A stretch of DNA of 64,000 nt. Source: a virus. Position numbers and translations under genes: made by a program. Positions 15,801 through 22,120 of this stretch are shown here, piece after piece. The notes under the pieces are model-generated. The model made no database searches. It saw nothing but the letters and a program-made list of their open reading frames with translations, and was not told the DNA's origin. The stretch is taken from IMG/VR virus record IMGVR_UViG_3300003690_000002, positions 122,399-186,398 of that record; one strand, written 5' to 3'. Within the stretch, counting starts at the first letter, position 1, and every line of letters begins with the position of its first letter.

Positions 15801-15993
15801 TGATAACTTTAATCCATTTTTTGTTCATTGGCGCTGGTGGACTTGGATTATCTAGACACACCAACATATAACAGTCCTTGAGCGCATAGTAATTGCCAGG
15901 GTGTGGAGCATGTGGATTGTGCGCCTTTAAACTTGTTACGATGTATAGCCCAATAAAAGAAGGACCAACTTTTACTAAATTACCGATTTTCAT
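15787..15993 (-). CDS. GDLV family small protein
   Basis: MKIGNLV...KVISEAR. Confidence 0.75.
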   Translation of the reverse strand: MKIGNLVKVGPSFIGLYIVTSLKAHNPHAPHPGNYYALKDCYMLVCLDNPSPPAPMNKKWIKVISEAR

Positions 15994-16060
15994 TTATTTC
16001 TCTGCCCACCAAATGCCCCATACAATTAATGCAATTCCTGTAATTGTCAACCATGCCATG

Positions 16061-16297
16061 TTAATCCCCTTTTTTGCTGATAACTTGTATTTCATTTTCT
16101 TGCACCCACCACAATATGCCATCGCGAAAAAGAAAATGTACTTTATACATTGTTGATTTTGCTATTGGATTTTGAGATTCATTAATATCCAAAATAAGAC
16201 CTAATGTATCTGTTGATATATTTTCTATTCCATACGGAAAATTACTTTCCGCTCCTATAAGAACTTGTGTTGGTGTTACAAGATCGCCTATCTTCAT
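16061..16297 (-). CDS. GDLV family small protein
   Basis: MKIGDLV...GLILDI...IQVIS. Confidence 0.75.
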   Translation of the reverse strand: MKIGDLVTPTQVLIGAESNFPYGIENISTDTLGLILDINESQNPIAKSTMYKVHFLFRDGILWWVQENEIQVISKKGD

Positions 16298-16325
16298 AAT
16301 AAGGTTTTAATATTTTATAGTAAGA

Positions 16326-16550
16326 TTAACTTTTTTTAGTTAATCGCCAATTGCCAACGTCAATATAATCACCAAAATGCTCTGCAATCACGGTCTTACT
16401 TTTTCCATAAGATACACGTACAAATTGCTTATTTCCTATGCAATTTTGTATGCCAATAACTTTCCCTGTTTTATTAATAAATGGCTTAAATCTTATATCG
16501 TTTTTTGAGAAACGCTTAAGTTTTACTTTATCTCCAATATTATAATACAC
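16326..16550 (-). CDS. KOW/GDLV-like small protein
   Basis: NIGDKVKL...TGKVIGI. Confidence 0.7.
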   Translation of the reverse strand: MYYNIGDKVKLKRFSKNDIRFKPFINKTGKVIGIQNCIGNKQFVRVSYGKSKTVIAEHFGDYIDVGNWRLTKKS

Positions 16551-17149
16551 TATGAACTCCCTTCTAAAGAATTTGCCAATTCTATTATGTCCTCATCACT
16601 ATCAACCCAAATTGCTTCGGGTATATTTGTTTTAACTTCGTAATTCATTTCTCCCATCTCTTTTGCTGCTCTTTCGATTCTTTCAGGCGTACCTCTTTCT
16701 TGGTGCCTTGTGATTAATTCTTGGCTAGATGGCGGTACACAGTAAACAAGAATTAAATTTTTTCCATTATGTTCAGCAATTTTTTTTAAATCATCATATC
16801 CACGACTTCCATTAACGTTTGTAAAGTCCGTTAACATGACAGATTTTTTTGCATTTTTAAAATCTTTAAATCTGGTTCCGTAATAATTTTCTTCATAATA
16901 GTTTGTGTTTATCAACAAGCCATCTTCTTTCATCTTTTGCCATTCGCCTTTTTGTAAAAAACTATATTCAATGTCTTCTTTACCACGAGGTTGTCGCGTT
17001 GAAGTAGAAACGATTTCTTTCCATCCCATTTTTTTTAAAGTATTTTTATGCCAGGATTTTCCACAACCTGATGGACCAAAAATAGCAATAATTGTACCAC
17101 CAGCGGATTCTTTTAAGTATTTTCTCCAGGCTTCAAGCAAAGGCTGCAT
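16550..17149 (-). CDS. gmk: guanylate kinase-like protein with an N-terminal LLExWRKY leader
   Basis: P-loop GPSGCGKS, STSTRQPR, YYGT; extra MQPLLEAWRKYLKE N-terminus. Confidence 0.75.
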   Translation of the reverse strand: MQPLLEAWRKYLKESAGGTIIAIFGPSGCGKSWHKNTLKKMGWKEIVSTSTRQPRGKEDIEYSFLQKGEWQKMKEDGLLINTNYYEENYYGTRFKDFKNAKKSVMLTDFTNVNGSRGYDDLKKIAEHNGKNLILVYCVPPSSQELITRHQERGTPERIERAAKEMGEMNYEVKTNIPEAIWVDSDEDIIELANSLEGSS

Positions 17150-17152
17150 ATT

Positions 17153-17338
17153 TTAACTAGTCTCTTTTCTAAAAGATTCTAACCATGTTAGCTTATAAAG
17201 TTTATGAAATCCGTCCCTCCAAAGAACTTTGGCATGCAAATCATTAGAAGAGCCAAAGCGAAATATTTCAGTGACAAGACCAGCCTTTCGTGGACCTTCT
17301 TTCTGATTTACCATATCTCCGATTTCAATTCTTTGCAC
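17153..17338 (-). CDS. GDLV family small protein
   Basis: EIGDMV...GLVTEI...VLW. Confidence 0.7.
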   Translation of the reverse strand: MQRIEIGDMVNQKEGPRKAGLVTEIFRFGSSNDLHAKVLWRDGFHKLYKLTWLESFRKETS

Positions 17339-17383
17339 TTTTTAAACCTTCACGCCCCATATTAGCATAGTTTATAGAATAAG

Positions 17384-18004
17384 TCAATTGTTTTTTTGTT
17401 TTTTAATAACTTTCTCATATGATGTAATCTTTACCATCTCGGATAAGCTTATTGTGTATTGTTTCACCAAATCAGATCGATTTCTTTTTTCTGCATCTTT
17501 AATGCTTTCATATAAAATTAGCACCGCAAGTTCTGCATTTATTAAGTATTCAACAGCTTGGGTAATAACTTTTATTGCTGCCAAAATCATTGATGTTGAG
17601 CTTGATTTAAAATAAAAAATCTTTTCCCTAGAACTTTTCAAAGCTAACCGAATTTCAACTGGGGCGTCTGATTTTCTTCTATAACTACTCTCTTTAAACT
17701 TGACTTGCATTGAAAAATCTTCAAACCGAATATTTTTAAGAGAAATAAATTTATTATTGAGTTTATTAATAATTGAAGCAAATAGTGCATCTACTGCACC
17801 TTTGCCTTTTCCTTCAATTTGAAATGAGCCATCTTTGTAGTTTTCTAATTCTAATGTATATGACACAGATGTATAATTTTGTTCGATATTTTCTTTTAAA
17901 GAAAATTTCTTAATATACACGTTAATGTAATCTTTTTGTAAAGTATTTCTTACGATTTTTTCGCATTTTTTTTGGGCAATCTCTTCTGGAAATTCAAAGT
18001 GCAT
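17384..18004 (-). CDS. protein resembling a stand-alone LeuA regulatory (dimerisation) domain
   Basis: EGKGKGAVDALF resembles GxGxGPVDA; followed by a strand-like FEDFSM. Confidence 0.4.
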   Translation of the reverse strand: MHFEFPEEIAQKKCEKIVRNTLQKDYINVYIKKFSLKENIEQNYTSVSYTLELENYKDGSFQIEGKGKGAVDALFASIINKLNNKFISLKNIRFEDFSMQVKFKESSYRRKSDAPVEIRLALKSSREKIFYFKSSSTSMILAAIKVITQAVEYLINAELAVLILYESIKDAEKRNRSDLVKQYTISLSEMVKITSYEKVIKKQKNN

Positions 18005-18010
18005 TCTATA

Positions 18011-18631
18011 TTAAATAGTTTCACGTAGTCGCCCATAGATGATTTTCTTGCCAATAAAATAACAAACAATTGCCAATATTATTCCAGAAGCAACATCAAT
18101 GATATAGTGTTGCTTCAAGAGAAGAGTTGAAATTGAAATTAACAATGCCCATGCAAAATATATGCTTTTTATCCATTTATTATTTTTTGCAAAAGATGAG
18201 TCCATAATAAAAAATCCCAGTAGCCATGAAAAAGTGACATGTCCAGACGGAAATGTGTTATGTGGACCATCGATTGCTCTTGTTATTTCTAATAGCCATG
18301 CTGACATTGATGATTGATCGAATAAAGATCTTGGATAAAAAGAAGGAAATAAAATATAAAATAAACTGAGGACAATTGTTGCTATTATAAATCCCATAAA
18401 TGCGGACAGAAATACTTCTTTTTTATGAAGAAGGATTAATAGTGTAATTGTGAGTACGGGAATTAGTGTGTGATACACCCATATGAATTCTGGAACAAAA
18501 GGAATCGCTATGTCTATACTGGTTAATAAATCGTAATTTCCAGTTGTTATAAAATATTGTATTGAAAAGTAAGTTATTAAATTTAAAAACAAAAACATTA
18601 ACACATATTTTGCTTTTGTCCTTAGCGGCAC
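18011..18631 (-). CDS. PAP2-family membrane phosphatase/phosphotransferase (Aur1/IPC-synthase-like)
   Basis: Multiple TM helices; FPSGH and QHYIID motifs. Confidence 0.8.
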   Translation of the reverse strand: MPLRTKAKYVLMFLFLNLITYFSIQYFITTGNYDLLTSIDIAIPFVPEFIWVYHTLIPVLTITLLILLHKKEVFLSAFMGFIIATIVLSLFYILFPSFYPRSLFDQSSMSAWLLEITRAIDGPHNTFPSGHVTFSWLLGFFIMDSSFAKNNKWIKSIYFAWALLISISTLLLKQHYIIDVASGIILAIVCYFIGKKIIYGRLRETI

Positions 18632-18789
18632 TACACCGGTCCCTCCATTTATTTTTTCTTAAAAATCTCAAAGAAAGCCACATGCTTGAAAATGGGATTG
18701 GTGTGAAAAACTTTTCACACCCGTTAATACATATGTTCTTTTTTTTAAAAAGAATAGAAATTCATTAATTTTTTAAATAAATACGAACT

Positions 18790-19059
18790 TTACTTAAAAA
18801 CTGGGTTGCGGTGGGTTTCAAACATTTCTCTTAAGAAAGATTTTTTTAGACTTAATAGGCGTTCAAATTTTACTCTCTCTCTTGTATTGTGATACAACAC
18901 AGTGGGTTTTCTTATTTCTCCGTTGATAAAGTGTTCGCTGAAATCGTAAAACTTGGATCGAACTTTTGGCGGTTTTGCGTTTGCTAGTTCAACACCAATA
19001 ATTATTAATAAAATTAAAGCAAGAAAAAAAGTTAGAATTCTTATGATTGTTACATTCAA
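18790..19059 (-). CDS. CglF/GltF-like exported protein
   Basis: Signal peptide ending ANA; DF...GE..KP...Y...R....F..L.....F..E pattern as I recall it for myxobacterial CglF. Confidence 0.6.
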   Translation of the reverse strand: MNVTIIRILTFFLALILLIIIGVELANAKPPKVRSKFYDFSEHFINGEIRKPTVLYHNTRERVKFERLLSLKKSFLREMFETHRNPVFK

Positions 19060-19382
19060 CTTTTCGATTCTTCTTCATCATCGTCGCGTTTTGCAGAATG
19101 CTCTTTGTGATCCTCTGCAAGACTTGCTTCTAAAATATAAAGATCTTTAACAGGTATTGTACGAATATCATTATTCCCGAAATCTACATCATATCGAGTT
19201 ACTTCTTGTAATTTTTTATTCCAACTGTGATCAATTACAATACCTTTTTTTCCAGTTTGGCGCTCAGCAACATGGTGAGCGCAATAATGATTTGGGGCGA
19301 AAACACGATTATTTTCTTCATTTAATATATTTTGTAATTCTTCTTTAATAATTTGCCTTAACTTTGATTTTGTTAAGTTCAT
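19056..19382 (-). CDS. MKLTK-leader protein with an SH3-like His-rich domain
   Basis: MNLTKSKLRQIIKEE; HYCAHH...G.VIDH...YDVDF. Confidence 0.8.
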   Translation of the reverse strand: MNLTKSKLRQIIKEELQNILNEENNRVFAPNHYCAHHVAERQTGKKGIVIDHSWNKKLQEVTRYDVDFGNNDIRTIPVKDLYILEASLAEDHKEHSAKRDDDEEESKS

Positions 19383-20233
19383 TTCTTTTCCCTCTTTTTG
19401 ACCACCGTAAGCGAACCAACAATTGTTTCACGATTTTCGCCTTTTCTGTCCCATTTAACGACGGCTCGTCGATCTCCACCTTTACCACTTCGAAGCGCTG
19501 CAACCATTCCTTGACCATATTCTTTATGTTTTACAATATCGCCTATTTTTACTTCCATTAAATCTGGTTGCCAAGGTAATCCTTCGGGTTCGGGCTCACT
19601 ATCACCTGTTTTTCTTTGTAAGCTTCGAGCCACCGGTAAAAGAAGATCCATGAGAGGCTCTTCGATGTCAAGTTCTATGTTCTCCATTGTATCTTTGATG
19701 ACAGTGGGGCTGAGCGGACGTCCTGTTGGTCCTTTATACTGTTTTAGAAACTCCCAAGCAGCACTCTTAATAGCATCGCTAGCGGCAGAAACTAATTTGT
19801 CATTTAGCTGATATTCGGGGGCATTGAACCGCTCAAAGTCGTCTAATTCTTCTTTGATGATCCGTTTAAGTTTTGATTCTGTTAATTTCATTTCTCCTTG
19901 AGTGGTTGGAAGATCGCTCTTTTTTACAATCAAGTACCTTCCTTCACCAGTGGGATTATCAGGATCATCATGATTCTGCCAACGACCAACGAGGTTTAAA
20001 ATATATGAGCGAAGCTTGTTCACTTCTTCTTCTGACATTTCTCCAAGAGATAAAAGGCTATCAATGCAAGCTTCTCCGCCATGATGCCACCCGAGGGGAT
20101 CTTTTCGACCAGGACCCATCTTCAAACATCTACGATACAATTCTGCAGCTTTGGCTTCATTTGCATCTGGCCAATTAGCATTTTCTATCTCTTCTCTGAT
20201 GGTTTGTTTAAGTTTTGATTTTGTTAGTTTCAT
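19379..20233 (-). CDS. MKLTK-leader protein with a second internal leader and a C-terminal KOW-like domain
   Basis: MKLTKSKLKQTIREE; internal MKLTESKLKRIIKEE (ATG 19891, GGAG SD); KIGDIVKH. Confidence 0.8.
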   Translation of the reverse strand: MKLTKSKLKQTIREEIENANWPDANEAKAAELYRRCLKMGPGRKDPLGWHHGGEACIDSLLSLGEMSEEEVNKLRSYILNLVGRWQNHDDPDNPTGEGRYLIVKKSDLPTTQGEMKLTESKLKRIIKEELDDFERFNAPEYQLNDKLVSAASDAIKSAAWEFLKQYKGPTGRPLSPTVIKDTMENIELDIEEPLMDLLLPVARSLQRKTGDSEPEPEGLPWQPDLMEVKIGDIVKHKEYGQGMVAALRSGKGGDRRAVVKWDRKGENRETIVGSLTVVKKREKK

Positions 20234-20235
20234 TT

Positions 20236-20529
20236 TTACCCCTCTCTGCGAGTCATATTAGTAAATACGGCAGCTGCTATCTCATGAAAATTTATGGTGG
20301 GCGTTCCCTTGGGCACATATTGTTTTTTAAGCGCTATCAACGTTTCTTGTGCCGCATCACCATACTCGCCTCCCGTGTTGGTCGCATCGGCTAATTTAGT
20401 TAATTCAGCTTTAATTTCTGGTGTTCCGGGATCGAGACTTAAAATTTTATCCATCAGGCTGTTCCCTTCAACTATTTTTTGAAGTTCTTCTTTGATGATT
20501 TGCTTTAGTTTTGTTTTTGTTAGTTTCAT
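20236..20529 (-). CDS. MKLTK-leader protein
   Basis: MKLTKTKLKQIIKEE. Confidence 0.8.
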   Translation of the reverse strand: MKLTKTKLKQIIKEELQKIVEGNSLMDKILSLDPGTPEIKAELTKLADATNTGGEYGDAAQETLIALKKQYVPKGTPTINFHEIAAAVFTNMTRREG

Positions 20530-20832
20530 TTATTGTCTCCTATTAGCCCGATTTAGAAACTTGTATAATTTTAGCCAAGAATTTTTCAGATGTATAAAAA
20601 CCATGAGTCGGGGTCCACTGTCTGTCATCGGTGGGATCGGTGATCGTCTCTATACTCTTATCATGTCTGTCATCAGATATTTCTACGACAACGAAATCTC
20701 CAGCGGTATATTCGCTTTGAGATTCCGGATCTTCTAGTTCGACATCGGGCGAATCCATGAAATTTTCATGGATTACCACGCCGAGCGTCTTTAATTCTTC
20801 TTTGATGATTTGCTTTAGTTTTGTTTTTGTTA
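20485..20832. repeat. 38-bp identical direct repeat (leader coding sequence)
   Basis: 20485-20522 = 20795-20832. Confidence 0.9.
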
Positions 20833-20839
20833 ATTTCAC
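20543..20839 (-). CDS. MKLTK-leader protein
   Basis: GTG-KLTKTKLKQIIKEE. Confidence 0.8.
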   Translation of the reverse strand: MKLTKTKLKQIIKEELKTLGVVIHENFMDSPDVELEDPESQSEYTAGDFVVVEISDDRHDKSIETITDPTDDRQWTPTHGFYTSEKFLAKIIQVSKSG

Positions 20840-21144
20840 CTTTTTTCTCCTTTAACTTTTTTTACGCAACTTTCATATTTTTCTTTATCTTTTCTTCCAA
20901 CAGAAGCTGTGCAGATAGCCCACGGGTTGTTTTTTTCTTCTTTCTCTTCTAATACATTTTTATTAAACCATTCTTTAAGAAGATTCAAAAAAGCATAAGA
21001 ATCCTTATCGTTCATTTGTTTTGACATATTACGAATATTCTCAATAGCCACTTTGTGAGCATCCCATACTTTATCGCTCATTTGAGGACGTTCATTTAAC
21101 ACTTCTTTAATAATTTGTTTGAGTTTTAATTTGGTGCTTTTCAT
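20836..21144 (-). CDS. MKLTK-leader protein
   Basis: MKSTKLKLKQIIKEV; C-terminal NPWAICTASVG; start corrected to 21144. Confidence 0.75.
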   Translation of the reverse strand: MKSTKLKLKQIIKEVLNERPQMSDKVWDAHKVAIENIRNMSKQMNDKDSYAFLNLLKEWFNKNVLEEKEEKNNPWAICTASVGRKDKEKYESCVKKVKGEKR

Positions 21145-21380
21145 GGCGATGTCCTCATTGGTCCTGTCAACAAGTTTTGCAGTTGTGTTATAAGATTTTG
21201 AACATCTTTTTGTGTAGAGAAGGTCATGCCAACATTCCATTTATGTTCGTTTTCATTCCAAACGTGCATTTCCATAGTCAGCCCATCTTGGGTCCAATCA
21301 AATCTAACACCTGGGCTAGCAATTATAGAATTTAACTCTTCTTTAATGATCTGCTTAAGTTTTGATTTAGTTAGTTTCAT
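21141..21380 (-). CDS. MKLTK-leader protein
   Basis: MKLTKSKLKQIIKEE. Confidence 0.8.
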   Translation of the reverse strand: MKLTKSKLKQIIKEELNSIIASPGVRFDWTQDGLTMEMHVWNENEHKWNVGMTFSTQKDVQNLITQLQNLLTGPMRTSP

Positions 21381-21385
21381 ATTAT

Positions 21386-21649
21386 TTAAGTACCTTTTTT
21401 GTTTACTACGCTAACATGCATACCACCTTCTTTTACTTTCTTTGCGTATTCTTTAGCGGCGTCTTTAGATACAAAAGTTTTAGCGTCTTCAAGTGTACCA
21501 AAATTCGGATCATCAGGTTTACCACCGGTAACAAATTTTTCGTTAAAGGTAACACCAGACCTTTCTAAAACATATGTTTCTTTTTCTTCTAGAATAAGCT
21601 TAAGCTCTTCTTTAATAATTTGTTTAAGTTTGGTCTTCGAGATCTTCAT
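21386..21649 (-). CDS. MKLTK-leader protein
   Basis: MKISKTKLKQIIKEE. Confidence 0.8.
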   Translation of the reverse strand: MKISKTKLKQIIKEELKLILEEKETYVLERSGVTFNEKFVTGGKPDDPNFGTLEDAKTFVSKDAAKEYAKKVKEGGMHVSVVNKKGT

Positions 21650-21652
21650 TGT

Positions 21653-22120
21653 TTATTCCTTAGCTCTTGTTTTAAAAAGCCTGTCACACCAATCTCTAGT
21701 TATGCACCAATTTTTCTCTTGATCTTGACCCATATGATGGTTATAGTGCCAAGGTGCATGTTTTTTTGCCCATTGAATATTCATGTGGGATTTCTTATGT
21801 ACCCTGTAATAATTCCATGTACAATATACCAATATTAAATAAAATAATGGTATTATACTAAATAGTGGTAAATGTGCTAAAAGTAATAAAGATAATGATA
21901 GCTTTTCTTTCAAGATTGAACCACGAAATGGACTATTATATGATGGATCAAGTCCTTTGTGTTTTCTAACAAGCTTGTGGTGATCGTGCCAGTGGAATGC
22001 CCAAAATGAATTTTTATTTTTACCTAGCTTGTGTAAAATGTATTTATGTGAAAACCATTCTACAAAATTACAGTAAAAAAAAGCAATCGGAATTGTTAAT
22101 AAGTGAAGCGTAATTAGCAT
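21653..22120 (-). CDS. fatty acid hydroxylase/sterol desaturase superfamily protein
   Basis: TM helices with His boxes HKYILH, HWHDHH, HKKSH, HYNHH. Confidence 0.75.
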   Translation of the reverse strand: MLITLHLLTIPIAFFYCNFVEWFSHKYILHKLGKNKNSFWAFHWHDHHKLVRKHKGLDPSYNSPFRGSILKEKLSLSLLLLAHLPLFSIIPLFYLILVYCTWNYYRVHKKSHMNIQWAKKHAPWHYNHHMGQDQEKNWCITRDWCDRLFKTRAKE

